From: Lingula anatina
Lineage: Eukaryota; Animalia; Brachiopoda
Direction of reading: 5' to 3'
NCBI GenBank assembly: GCA_051362555.1
Contig: CM120644.1
Location: forward strand, 10,934,567-10,998,566
DNA length: 64,000 nt
The position numbers and the translations under genes were made by a program. This document shows, piece after piece, positions 49,592 to 63,117 of this stretch; position 1 is the stretch's first letter, and every line of letters begins with the position of its first letter. The notes below the pieces were generated by a model. It made no database searches and had not been told where the DNA came from. It worked only from the letters and a program-made list of their open reading frames with translations.

Positions 49592-52190
49592 TTAAGGGAT
49601 GGTATTGTGCATCATGTGCTCGCACCGTAAATAAATAACATAATACAAATTAATGTTCTGTCGGTCACGGTAAGAGTGTGTATTTAGTTACAATTGATCC
49701 CGTTTTATATATACCCAAACTGTTCACATTATACTTTGAGGACACAAAAATATTCTCATTACTTATGCTTTCTGTAACACGTGGGTATTTGTTGTATAGG
49801 TGACTTTATCAATTTTGTTGTCAATCTCAATGTAAATAGCGCCTAGTTTTTCTGAGGTCAATATGAAACAGCGAAAGAACAGCAATTAGCTGGCAATTAA
49901 AGGGGCAAACGCATTACAACTCAACTCAGTTCACCCTAATGTGTTTATCATATGCCTCACAGCGTGATTCGAATGATCTGCCTTTTTTAATTTCCCCAAA
50001 GAAAGATTTTGTTCGACCACTCTGTTTGAATTCAGTCACCAAGGTTATACCGTAGGTTAGAAGTTATCTGTGCGAACACAACACGATTCGTGGATCGGTT
50101 AATGAGGTAGAAAATAAGTAAAAGACAATACACTGTTTATAGTTACCAATTTGTGAAATAGATTCAAAGTATCATAAATGAAAATTATAAAACATAAGCC
50201 GAAATATTTTCACACCGTTAGCTTACGGCCAACCTGGGCGAAGGCCTTTTTTGATCCAACTACAAAGCTAATGAATATTTTTGCTAATTTAGATTCAAAG
50301 TAGTAATGTATTTGAACACAAAATGTTTAGTTCACGTATTAGTAGATGAGTAGAGGATAATGCCCTGGTTATATCTCCTATGTTTTTAGAAGATTTAAGG
50401 TCGTATATATTTGTCCACGAAATGTAATTAGCTCCCAGACTTTCTGAGATCCATTTAAAGCAGTGAAAGAACAGCAATCAGCAATCAGATAATTAAAGGG
50501 GCCACCTCATTAAAACTGAACTTCTTCACCTTACATGCCTCATAGCGTGAATCAAAGGCTTTGCGTTTTTCAACTTTTGCAAATAAAGTTGTCTGTCGAA
50601 TTCTGCGTTTAGAATGAGTTACCGACCACCATCGTAATCTTATAATCATAATAAAGCATAGATTTAAATCATGAGTTTGAAGCCAACTATTGGTATTTTA
50701 TATAGGCCTACTGGAAATATTAGGCAGTATATTTCTATATATGCGTCTGTGCACTATCCACCAGGACTAGGGTTATTTCTCAGTTATTTCTCTGGCTTGT
50801 TCTTTGTACTTCCATTTACTGAACTAACAGCAAAAATAATTTGGACAGATCTAGAATTGACGTCAGCATGCATTCAGCTGACTTCTGGTACAATGTAATT
50901 ACGTTCGTGTACGTTCAGAAATAATGCCCTCATGTTGCATGGCATAGGTGTAAATCTCAGTGCGTGGGTTAATGAGTCGAGTTAACACAGCGTGGTTTAA
51001 AAGGAAGATGGTCCTCAACTCTGTGCGAGCATGATGAAAATATTAATGTAATTGCGGATACGGGGGCAAGGAAGGCAGATTCTATCTTCTTTTAAGGTTA
51101 TGTAGACCCAGGTCATTTATCCTACATTTTCTGTGAAAATCAGATTTTAAGAGCTTGTTTCTCAAATGGTGTGCGTCCTTTTTTCTAGAGAGAGTCCATA
51201 ATCCAAAAAGGAAGTCAAACGGGGATCATGATACAGTTGGGGTTGAGGACACACTCCGTCATAAACCAGAAAGAAAGCGCACTGTCACTGACTGTGAAGT
51301 ATATCATTTATGTTTCTTCGGATATTTCTCAAGTTCTTTCTTAACTCGGGTGAGGTTGCGTTACATTGCTTTTGTTTGTATAAATGGTAGGGTGGTACGT
51401 CATGTCCCTCCACTGAACTTTAAATATGGCTGGTAGACAAAGCAAATGGTAAATCAGTGAACTTGCTCAATACATGTTTGTCGTCTTTAAAATAAAAGAA
51501 ACTGTAGATCCTACTTTAAAATGCGTCTCTGTATAGAGACTGAACAGAAAAAGAAATTGCTCTGAGAGTTAGGACCATGCCATTGCTTGTAAGCTATCAG
51601 ATAGTTTGACAATGTCAGACCTTGAACAAGCCTCAAATAAAAATAGATGGGAAACCCCTCCATAACATTTTGTGTAAGGCTGGTGACGAACATACAACAG
51701 AGGTGAAAACAACTTCCTTTGGTGGAGATAAATATGACTTCGGAAACCTTCCAAAGGTTTTAAACCTCCAAACCTTATAGTAACACGCTGTTCGAGCAAT
51801 ATCATTTCATTGCCCTTAGGAGAAAAATACTCTACACGGATTAAGTCACCTGCAGTGTAAGGACGAATGAAATTGTATCTTGTATAGGTAAGTCTATAGA
51901 ATAAGATTAAATAAGCATAAACGTGCTGCGCTGCTGTCATCAACTGAAAATCATCAGACCTCACGTGCCAATTTTTCTTTCCACAGTTTTCATTCTTTGG
52001 CACTAATAAATAATAGATTACAAGGAGCGCGTAGGGGAGAGAAGTCTCTTGCAACGTTTTAAATTTCCTGTCGCATGCGATAACTATTTGGTCATCATTA
52101 TTGCAAAAAAAAAAGGGAGTCATTAATTTCGACATCAGTTCCCGGAGATACCAAAAGGGAATCAAAAAGTCAGTATTTTGATAAGCGCTT

Positions 52191-52364
52191 CAGGCCTGTA
52201 GCCAGCAATTTCAAAAAGGGCATTTTTTTCTGAAAAAGTGGACCTTTTTCCATAGAAACTTCATGTACCTGATCAAATTTCACCCAGAGTGGACCTTTTT
52301 CCAGCAAAAGGGGCGGTTCTTTCGAACCCCTCGCCCCCCCTCCCCCTCCCTGGCTACGGGCCTG
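52191..52364. mobile_element. About 170-bp MITE
   Basis: TIR caggcctgtagccag / ctggctacgggcctg; 5-bp direct repeat cgctt. Confidence 0.8.
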
Positions 52365-53033
52365 CGCTTTATTCTTCAACCTCAATTCTTTTGGAGTGTT
52401 TCTGATATAATATCATATTAGGCAAGGGTAAGTTTTAGAATAGATTCTTGTCTTAGTCAGAATTTTATGTTTAACACACAGGTGAGAGCTATTACACAAC
52501 ACTTTTTCTAATTATATTCAAGTCAGCACACATGGTGAATAGCTCACTTTGAAATGCAACAATTGCGGTCCATAGTTCTAACATGAGATAATGGATTTAA
52601 CTTCCCGCCCTCAAAAAAGTAAATAAATAAATAAGAAAATACATACTATATAATAAACACTATAGAACCTTAAATTGTTGATGATCAAACTTTGATGACT
52701 TTTCTGTCTTCCAATTTGAAATCGGTCATCATATTGACCTACATCTGTACCTGTATCTGTCAGTATACGTCTAAAGAACCACTGCTGGTATATAATGACT
52801 ACCAGATCCGTATTTAGCATTAAACGTATTTTGAAGTCAGAATACACCTGTTTTAATTAAAACATTTAAGATTAAACCTACCCTAATTATAGTTACAAGT
52901 TTTGTCTGTCGGTTAAAATATTGTGGATCAAGCTGCCTTATCAATACGCATAGCTTACATTTGGCACCCGAAAGGTTCTTCCAGACGTTTTCAGAAAAAA
53001 ATATCATTTACCCTTTCTTAATTATATACTATT

Positions 53034-53200
53034 CAGGCCCGTAGCCAGCAATTTCAAATGGGGGGTTCGTTTTCTGAAAAAGTGGACCTTTTACCATAAA
53101 ACCTTCATGTACCTAGATCAAATTTTATCCAAAGTGGACCTTTTCCCAGCAAAAAGGGCGGTTCTTTCGAACCCCCTGAACCCCCCTGGCTACGGGCCTG
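53034..53200. mobile_element. About 170-bp MITE, second copy
   Basis: Same TIR; 5-bp direct repeat ctatt. Confidence 0.8.
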
Positions 53201-53369
53201 CTATTCGCTGTCTATATATTTTCTATGGCCGATAAACAAGATAGAATAATCAAGATTTATTTATAAAAAAGAAAATAATAACATCATCATGGAATTTCCA
53301 GGCACTGTCTGATCATGATTACGAAATTGACATTCCCAACCATAATCCCGCGTCTTTAAGAAGCATTAA

Positions 53370-54776
53370 AGGCCTACTGTGCTCTAGGAACACAGAGCGT
53401 TCACTGCTTTTTTTACAGTATAAAAACTATAAATCGACGTCAAAAAATTGTTCTTTTTAAGTTTTAGAGAGAAAAGATGAGATTTAGATGAGAAAATTCT
53501 GATTGGTCAGTTTCTAGTGACGTAACCTGGGTAGTAGCTTCCCACAGCTGTTCTAGTAATAGTATAGATCTATACTATGCAGTAGGTGACTAAACATCCA
53601 GGTGTCAGAAAAACAAAATGCCGCAAAGTTGTGTTGCTCCCGGGTGCCGTAATGTAGGTTACGATAAGAAAGACATCTGCTTTTATATCCTGCCTGCGGA
53701 TGCCGCAAAACGTAAAATTTGGCTCAATTCTCTGAAGTTAAAAAATCCCAGCACAGTGTCAAAACACGCGAGGATCTGTAGCGACCACTTCGAGCCGGAA
53801 TGCTTCGTACGTGACCTGCGAGCTGAATTGTGCGGTGGAAAAGCACGGAGAAAACTAAAAGATGATGCTGTACCCAGTATATTCGATTTTTCGGAGTACC
53901 AAAATGCGACAGTAAATGCCAGAGCGCTGCCGACGAGAGTCTTACCTGTAGGATGTGTGCATGATGCGGCCGTCGAAAGGAAGAAGAGAGCAGCTTCTAG
54001 AGCCCAAAAAAAGTTCGTAGCAGAGGTACGTTGTCGAATTTTTTGGTCATGTTAGTGAAAACTTTAATATTAACATGATAGTGGAATCAAATTTTTACTC
54101 GACATACTGCTGCACTGATCACGTGTAAGGCGGAAGTAGCGAGGTAAGTTGCAGAGGTGTGAAATGTAGTGTCCGATGCTATCAGTCCGATATCTTTGGC
54201 CTTTTGTCCACTGACCTGGCTCTCCCGGAATGACACTGGTAAACTGCACGGGTGTGAAAAATAATGTTAGCTGTCACACCTGCATGTATTAGGTAACTTT
54301 CTCTTATCAGTCGGGATAAGAACGTTCAGCCGCCGCGACAGATGGGCATGTGTGAAAAACTATGTTCGCTGCCCTGCTTCCAAACCTTTACTGTTAACAT
54401 AGTTTTGGTGTATTTTGTTGGTTAATAAATGATAACCACGTAGGGAATTCATCTTCTTTTGTGTAGCTATCTTCAAAAATTTGAATTTATAAATGATCAT
54501 GTAGTAATCAATTGCGTGTATCGCTTTTAGTTTGCTGCGATCGAGTAAATGTAAGTAAGCGGATAGCTGAATCGAATATGGCTTTCTGAGCCTCGACGCA
54601 AGTGACGTCACTCGCCTCAAAGCGCCACCACGCGGCAGTATCGTAAACTACATTCACACCTGCATAAAATCGGCTTTAAAAACTAAATAAACGTAAGAAC
54701 TTTTTTTCATTACTCAAAAATGACTTTTGGGCACCTAATGGATACTTTTAACCCGTTTTTTCATCACAGTATACCT
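53370..54776 (+). mobile_element. Kolobok-like element carrying a THAP-domain ORF
   Basis: TTAA flanks (53366-53369 and 54777-54780); TIR aggcctactgtg / cacagtatacct; no DDE domain visible. Confidence 0.7.
53618..54055 (+). CDS. THAP zinc-finger domain ORF (transposon-derived)
   Basis: MPQSCVAPGC...FYILP...W...ICSDHF...LKDDAVPSIF is a complete C2CH THAP signature with AVP box; possible splice donor GAG|gtacgt at about 54025. Confidence 0.8.
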   Translation: MPQSCVAPGCRNVGYDKKDICFYILPADAAKRKIWLNSLKLKNPSTVSKHARICSDHFEPECFVRDLRAELCGGKARRKLKDDAVPSIFDFSEYQNATVNARALPTRVLPVGCVHDAAVERKKRAASRAQKKFVAEVRCRIFWSC

Positions 54777-55383
54777 TTAAATCCTTTCTGATGTCACGCA
54801 AAGTATTCCGTGAAGAGCAATCATGGTTTATTTTGCAATCTAGAAAAACGATAGTTAGATAATATGTAATCGCTGCCCTGTCCTTGCATGATTTTCACAA
54901 ACGACACATGACGGTTCAAAGGTACATGTACCTTTTATTTTATTTTCCATATGTACCTTTTATTTTATTTACATGTAGTTGTTGTGTGGATATATATATA
55001 CGTATTGCCAGCGCGTGTGTAAGTTAACCTTTGCACATGTACATAGTAGTACGTACATTTAAGGTGAAATGCCTCATATTACACAGTATACGTGTACACC
55101 TTACCAAAGTAAATTGTATCTTAAAATGCTATTTTATGTTTGAACGTCTAAAAATAACGTGCTATTCAGGATAGCGTCATATTCCAATGCTGTAAAAATT
55201 CAGATTCAGTTATAACAGGTATACGAAGAGGTGCATATAAGGGGTGTACATAACTGAATAAACTTGATCACACTATTAAAAGGGCTGTTGATGTGATATT
55301 TATTGAAATTACTATTTATGCTTTCTTTATAAATGACATTTTAAAGAGGAGGAAACGACAAAACAATCCTTATTTTCACTAAT

Positions 55384-55826
55384 GGTGCTTTCCCAGAGAT
55401 TTAGATCGATCTAAGGATTAAGTTTTAGATCGACCTAACTCCCTGGGGGTTCACGCTAAATTGCAGTCAGCCGAGCGGACACCATAGTTAATTACCACCT
55501 TACAGCTTTTAGTAGGCGGGACAGACGCTTAAGCCGGCCAAGCTGACAGTAATCTAGTGAGACTCCCCACAGGGATAGATCGATCTAAAAATCTATGGAA
55601 ATGGGGTGTAAGGCTCTATTCCCATAGATTTTAGATCGATCTATCCCCGCGGGGAGTCTCACTAGATTACTTTCAGATAATCCGACTTAAATGTCCGTCC
55701 CGCCTACTACAAGCTGTAAGAGGGTAATTAACTTTCGTGTCCGCCCGGCTGACAGCTATTTAGCGTGAACCCTCAGGGAGTTAGGTCGATCTAAAGTAGG
55801 TCGATCTAATCTATGGAAATGGGGTG
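55384..55826. mobile_element. Two adjacent, oppositely oriented copies of the about 220-bp MITE
   Basis: 55384-55607 is the reverse complement of 55612-55826. Confidence 0.8.
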
Positions 55827-58800
55827 TTACACACACAAGTAATGCATGTTGCCGTTTTTTTTTTTTTTTCATTCCGATGAATTTGCAAATTCAAATCAAG
55901 AGAAAAAAACCACAAAATTTGGGTTTGTTGATTTTCTAAATTGCCTTCGTTTATTGGGGCTTCAATTGGACATTCTGGTAAGGCCATAGCCTTGTCAGTG
56001 AATTCAATTGTTATTTGCCGTCATTGAACAATTACAGAACTATGCACCATGTAGGGAATCCAATCAAAATAACATAACATTGTATTCCCAGTTTCCAAGC
56101 AATTACTGATCAAATGAAAAACCATTTAATGCCTCTCTCACGTTACAAACTCAATCAATAACCTAAGGCAACAATCCGTTCTGGTTTGTTTTCAGTATCA
56201 ACTTATTTAAGTGATAACTCCAAAGAATATCAAGGGCAATGCTCTATCCCGGTATCAATTTCAATTTTTAATCTTGTTAGTGTCAAGTACAGCATTTCTT
56301 ATAGGCAGAAGGCAAATAGGATTGCCTTGTAATGAGAAGCAATGCGTTGGGTTTATTGGCTTCAAGAAGGTTTTTAATCTGTCTTCTTCGATACGTATGC
56401 GCATTAGACTCAAAACAATATGTATTGTGATAGAACATATCCCTTGGACAATTTCATTTCCTGGTTTTAACATTTCAAATGGAGTGTATCAATCAGTCAT
56501 TATTGTTGAGTATTGACAACTGGGAAGATATCCTGCCAACGTAATTGAGACGTAAAATGACTGTCGGCTCCGTATTTAGTATCATACATACTCTGAACTC
56601 GTAAAACCCGTTTTAATAAGATCTTGTAAGATTAACGCTAACCTATCCATAGTTGCATGTTTTGTTCGTCAGTTCAATAATTGCGGATAGTTTTTCTATC
56701 CTCGATATACAAGATAGAATGTTCATTATTTATTTCTTAAAAGGAGGAAATGACAACTTCGGGGAATTGCCAGCTACTGTCTGATTATTGTTATGAAATT
56801 GACATTTTTGAACTCAGAAAACACCTGTTCTAATTAGAACATTTGACATTTACGCTACCCAATATATAGTAACATGTTTTGAACGAGCAAGCCCTGCTCC
56901 TGTACATATTACTTAAAGATACAGTGCTATGTTAGACGTATTTAAGTTCGGGATACTACTGCTTTTATAGTTTTTTCCTGAATAAATTTTACCATAATCA
57001 TTGCAGCATACACATAGACTGAGTAAACATGTTAGTGCGTCTTTTAGTACAATCCAGCGAGAAGCTTGAATGTTAAAGTATTTTGTCTTCTCTAACGTTG
57101 TGCTGTGTCTAATCTGAAGCAATTCATTCTCAGATTACTGTGCAACTAATGCAATGCAGATTTTCACTGGTGAACATGCCAGTTTACGATGTGCACCAAA
57201 TTAACCATCAATCCCTCTATGGTCGATTAGTGTACCGTATTTTTGTCAAAAAATAAAAAAAGGAATAGAAAAGGAGGCTGATTCTTTTTTTTTCTTCTGG
57301 GAAAATTGAGAATTTGATGAATTTCCAGCATTTTCCTCTTTTTCACCCCCTGCTTCTATTTCATTTCGACTTCCCTGATACTAGCTGCTCAACACTATCT
57401 CCTTTTATTACCTTTGTTTCCTTTGATGCTCAGTACAGAAAAACTATAGTCTGATATTTATTTTTACTTCACCCTACATGTACATTACGAACACAAAATT
57501 GAACTATATAAGTTATGATATTCATTTTATATAATGACATTTTTCACCGACGTCTGAGATTCAAGTAAGGTGGCCGGTCCTAGAATAAATATATCAGTAA
57601 ATATATGAGACTCCGCATAAGTTCACTGAGGGATCAAAGATGAATTCTTCTAAGGAAGGGATACTTTTTAGGAGAAGATAGATATTTGAACTTAATGGAG
57701 GGCTGTGTGATCCGCTGAGCCCTCCCCCCACCACCCCCCACTCCCACCACCACCAATTTCGTGCCTCAAGTTACCCCTTGTGTCAACACTGTGTTCACTT
57801 TCTACTTTAACTTTTTAAGCAACTTCTCAGTCCTGCCAGGCAGACTCCAATCGCGAAGAGAAGTCCAATGCATTCCGATACGATCATTCCTATGGCTGCC
57901 TTGGTGCCAGGTATACCCGAACAATACTGGAAGAAGACAATACAGAGGCAATTAAATTTTGACGAAATATTTATACATGAAAACTAGTCAAAATGGCTGC
58001 CAGGGTAGACGAATATGACCAAAGTTTATTCGGACTGTAGGCACATATTTGCAAATCTTTGATTTCCATCTCTGAAACCCAAATAATACAGACGCTGCAT
58101 GGAATGTATTTTTGCTTCTGTTCCCTATTAAGCTTCGTGGTTCATTCACGAAATTTATCACAGAGGCAATTATATAATGCTAGTTCGTAATAACCTGTGT
58201 GGAGAAGATAACACAAAGGACGGTTTTAGTTTTAGCAAGTCCCTAAGAATAGGGGATTATTATAAACGTTCCAATGTGTAAAAGCCGTCCCGCTTTCTAT
58301 TCAAGCAATTGCAACGACGTGAATTTTAGAGAAAAACATATTTGGCAAATAATTCCGCCGAGAAGATATCATTTTTTTTTCTGCTGGACGCGGTTTACAG
58401 GTGGTATGACGTGGTGCCATAACGAGAAAGCTTCTTAATCAATTCTACAGGTAGTTTGGCCGCTTTTATTGATAAGCCTGTCCGGAACGTTTAGCTACTG
58501 AATCAATTCCTCTTAAATATGTAGTAATCAAACGCAATATTATAGAAATATTTGGTTTAATATTCGAGCCTGCGTATATCTCCCTGTGTCCAAGACAGCG
58601 GAGTTACCACCCAGAAGCCCAATTCAGTGTTTGAATTGTTTACAGCATAATGAACATGTCACTTTACAGGTGGGAAGACGGTTTGTTTGTATGACACGTG
58701 TAATTTTAATTAATTTAAATTTGAAATTGAAAATTTAAAAAATAAAAAATTGTGGATGTTATATATTAAGGCATATCACAAAATTCTTACAAGTGAAATT

Positions 58801-58888
58801 TATTTTAATTAAAAGACGTATTCATTTATGTGGTTTGTAAAACATATCTGATGATGATTCTTTTTATAGATATTTGATTTGATTTGTC

Positions 58889-59492
58889 CACCCTGAGCTT
58901 CAGAGATAACTTGACACTAACCTCTTCACTATAGCCTATCTTCATCGTGTCAAGTTACCTCTGACCACATTCGATTGCCTCCGCCGCCCGCCAATCAAAT
59001 TTAAAGCCCGCACTCAATGACTCATTGAACGATCTAGCCAATGAACGCGAACGAGTCAAAGCGCGCTTTGTTCAAATCCGGACCAATCAAAGATAAGGCT
59101 GAATATCAGGGACTTGCCGTAACCTGTGGGCAGCACGCAAAATACATCATCCCTCAGTAGATAATTATGCAGGGCATCAAACTGCTCTGGTTTCAATTCC
59201 GATATACTCCATGCTTTCTTTGTGTACGGTTATGCACTCGGAACTACTCGGATGTCTCCGCACTCGACAATAACTATGTTGTTAGTATGGAGCTTGCGGA
59301 ATCAGCCGAGGATTGCCGATTGACGGTCAACCAATCAGCGTTTTCACCAAACTTTGGTGAAAAATTTTGAAACATGGATTCGATTGGCTTATATAAACTA
59401 GGTCAAACTATTTTCGTCAGAGGTAACTTGACACGATGAAGATAGGCTATAGTGAAGAGGTTAGTGTCAAGTTATCTCTGAAGCTCAGGGTG
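58889..59492. mobile_element. Non-autonomous hAT/P-like element
   Basis: 77-bp perfect TIRs (58889-58965 and 59416-59492); 8-bp TSD gatttgtc. Confidence 0.9.
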
Positions 59493-60712
59493 GATTTGTC
59501 TGACATGAATGTGGAAATAGTTTCAGAAAACGGGTAATTCAGTTGTGATCAAGTCTGTCAGAGTGACCAAACGAAACAGTCAACAGGTAAATTTAATACT
59601 GTATGTGGATCTATCATAAATGAAAACTTTGTCTGATATAATTATATAAGGTGTGTGTGCGCATGCGTGCGCCTGTGTGTGGTGAAAAGCTGCACTCAAA
59701 TCTCACTGGCATATTCATGGTTAATATTGTATATTATTATCATGTTTTCTTTACTAATAAGCAGACACTTACAGATAAAAATAAAAATAATAAAAATAAG
59801 CTGTCAATGAGAGAGGTTATTTTCGATAATAAACGATAAATGCTACTTACCCGAATGTTGCTACAGAGTACAACCAACACCTGTTCTGTTTACAAATTAA
59901 GTCACCTGTTGAGCTGCAAGTGTTATAGCAGTCTTTATAGAGACATTATGGTTTATTGTAAGTGTTAGTGGAATTTTACGTTAACTTTTACCTGCGTTTG
60001 ATATCCGGCTTATCAACCGAACATTAACGTGTCTTGGTTTCTTATGGTCCGGTTTTGCTTTTTTCCTTGCGTTTTGAAATGTGATGTTTTAGTTCAAGCT
60101 TAAAAGTGGGTTGAATTATACGAAGCCACGTAGCTCCCCGCAGACCACAGGTGTGTGTTCCCATATCCTGGACACGCTTACATTGCCTGGTGTAATAATT
60201 GATTCTATTTTACCTCTAAAATCCGGGTGTTGTCCTAAAAACACATAAAATGTACATAACATTTTACCATAGAAATATTACTTTTCTTGGAAAGATAGAA
60301 TCTTCTCTAAAAACCTAAAATGTCGTGAATGTTTTAACCCCCGTTCTTGAGAATTTTCCATTTTTATCGTTACGTGGGAATTCCGCCAACCGAATTCATC
60401 TCCATTACCAAACTGACTCGACAAATAAAAGAAAAGGAGATGTAACTTTATGAACGGCTTTGGATGGGTCATACCTTGATGATTTAGAATAAAGTCTTGA
60501 CACATACCAAGGTAATTTAAATTTTACTACATGTTTGTTATATTAAGGTATAACGTTAATCGTACGCCTCTAAGTATCTGTGTAAATTGCGTTTGTAATA
60601 GTTGTGAATGTGTGCTCAGACATTTCATATAAAATGTGTAGTTTAATCACGTACGCCAAGAGCACAAGACCACAAATTAAGGCAAAATGTCTTGCTGAGC
60701 AGTTAAAATTTA

Positions 60713-62243
60713 TTAAGACAGAGCCTGACACAGGCTCAAATTAAACAAACGACATATTTTAACGAGGAACAAACTTTTGATTTTGCTCTCTTCAAACCAA
60801 ATCAATCTGTCATCTGAAATGTGACCGATAGGGGCGCCAGACACCAACGGGGAGACTGTTACATTAAATTTGCTCGTCTGAAATTTAGGGACATCTACTT
60901 TGGGAATTTTTGCACATTTTCCTTGTGTAATGCTACTCGGCAGATTTAACTGGTCTAAAACATCTGTAAAGTAGCCGTTTACCGCCGCAAAAGCTTTTTC
61001 CGCATTGTAGACTTGAGTGAGAGCGTAATACACGTTCCAGTCAGGATATTTTGTATAGGTCGTCTGATTGACAGCCTCCTTGCTGAACAAAAGGAATCCC
61101 CATCTTTCTGGAAGATGCATGTTTATTGCATTCTGGGAAGACCACACCCAGTTATCCTCTCTGATGTTGGGGACCTTCTCATAATGCCCGTTGACGACTC
61201 TCACGTGCCACTCAACGCGACTGAAGTTGATCCTCCACTGATCCCCATTTTTGGGAGGCGCCCTCATCCCCGTTTTCCCGTGTATCAGATCTTTAAACGG
61301 CATGGCGATTTCAGCAGTCCAGTATGTATTTTTAACTAAAGGGTCATTGACAGGACCGTCCACAAAAGTGGCTGTTTTCATGGTGGGCATTTCCCAAGAG
61401 GAATTGGGAGTTCCTCCATTTAAGTAGGGTTTGTTCAGTTCCAGGTCCCACGTGGTATTTATGGCGTTCATTTCAAATTCTTTGTAGAAATGGGTGCTTC
61501 CGCTCGGGTCAATGAAGACCTCGAAATCGTTGTCGTAAAATATTACCGAGTCGTGTTTGGTTTGATTCGCCCATACGTCCTAAAATGCAAAAAAATATTT
61601 TGTTCTTGTAAATTAATGCACCTCATAAATGATTTAAAAGTGACAAAGACGTCTCTACCAACTTTATTCTTATGTGTACGTCTCATAAAATATAAAGACA
61701 TAGAAAACTCCGTGTTTGTGAATGATTATACACACTGTTTTGATATATCAGTTCTGAGATACAAACCGTTTCTTCCATAAAGGCAGCAATATACAGGTAG
61801 TTCTCGTCCCATCGCATCTTGGCTCTTGTGGTAAACCTTGGTTTTGGGAAAGATGGGCCCTGAAATTATGAATAAATTACTTATTATAAAAGACGAGTCA
61901 GTACTCAATTTATTGATTATCTAGCAAAATTTTAAATATTTATTAGTCAGATTTTTTGTTGCTGTCATTTTATATCGATTAATTAATTAATATATATTTA
62001 TTTATATTACAAAATGGCTAATTAAAAAGTTTATTTTTGGATCACCTTTCCTATAGTTTTTCCTTGGTCATTTTCACCTTTGCCATTAATTTAAAACCAT
62101 GTATTTAAAATTGTTTGAAAAATCAATTATCAATTCACTCCATCCGTTTTGTCACTCGATCAAGCGCTCATGCTATTGTTTCAAAACGGTATATCTGATT
62201 CATATTATGCTCGTCAGTAGCTTCCTTCCGAACTGTCATTTTG

Positions 62244-62298
<55 letters not shown>

Positions 62299-63117
62299 GG
62301 TGGACCCAAAATAAGAGTTATCTTATCAAGGGAGAAAGGCAATCGCCCTGCTGTTAAGTCATCCCCTAAAGGATGAACCAACATTTTTCTTGGCGTACAG
62401 AATCGCGTCAATCACTGAGTAACAGTAATCTAAAAGACACAGGGTGTAGACGAATGAGCAGGACGACATATTTTCTTACAGGTGGAAATATTGCCCACTG
62501 CATACTAGCATACTGAGACAGCATTCTCAACCACACATACTTATATAACCACACTGTGTAATAATTGTGTTTTTACATTGATCCAGTGATAGGCATGGCA
62601 GACCACTGGGACATGCAATACGACGTAGCCTTCATTTGATTCATTTCATACTTAAAATATGAATTATAAACAAAATGTTTAACACATTAAAAATACATAA
62701 TGACAAAAGAAAATGAAAACACCTGTCTGCAAGAAAGGTCAATGCCCATTCTACTAGTATTACTAAAATCTATCTAACTCTCATCCTGTACTGGAAAGTC
62801 GCTACATGTAGGCCTACGTTTGCTCCTCTATTACCGCTGCAGCTATAAAGTACATGTATGGCCAGCGGCTATTTAAAACGGTCACTGACCTGTATGTCCA
62901 TAAATTCATCTGTCCATGCCACTTTGCTCCAGGCGTCTTCGTCCACCTTGCCGTCCACGTTAATGATCTCCCCAGCGTTCAAGTGGTACGCCGTGTAGTG
63001 TTTGGGATATGGGAAATTACAATCAGAAGACGCCGAAACTGACGACAGCGTCCCAAGGTAACCCAATGTGGTTATAAATGGACTGATAAAAAATATCAAG
63101 TTCCAGCAACACACCAT
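60713..63117 (-). CDS. Secreted carbohydrate-binding family 9-like (CBM9/DOMON-like) protein
   Basis: Exons 63117-62890 (hydrophobic N-terminus, INVDGKVDEDAW), 61859-61767 (PKPRFTTRAKMRWDENYLYIAA) and 61579-60713 (HDSVIFYDNDFEVFIDP...YKEFEMNAINTTWDL...WRINFSRVEW...NWVWS...MHLPERWG). Phase-0 GT-AG joins, in frame. Confidence 0.85.
62245..62298. repeat. (ATT)n microsatellite
   Basis: Direct reading. Confidence 0.95.

Noticed and set aside
51569-52165. 198-aa minus-strand ORF
   Set aside because: No recognisable motif, paralog or splice support; probably chance or transposon interior.
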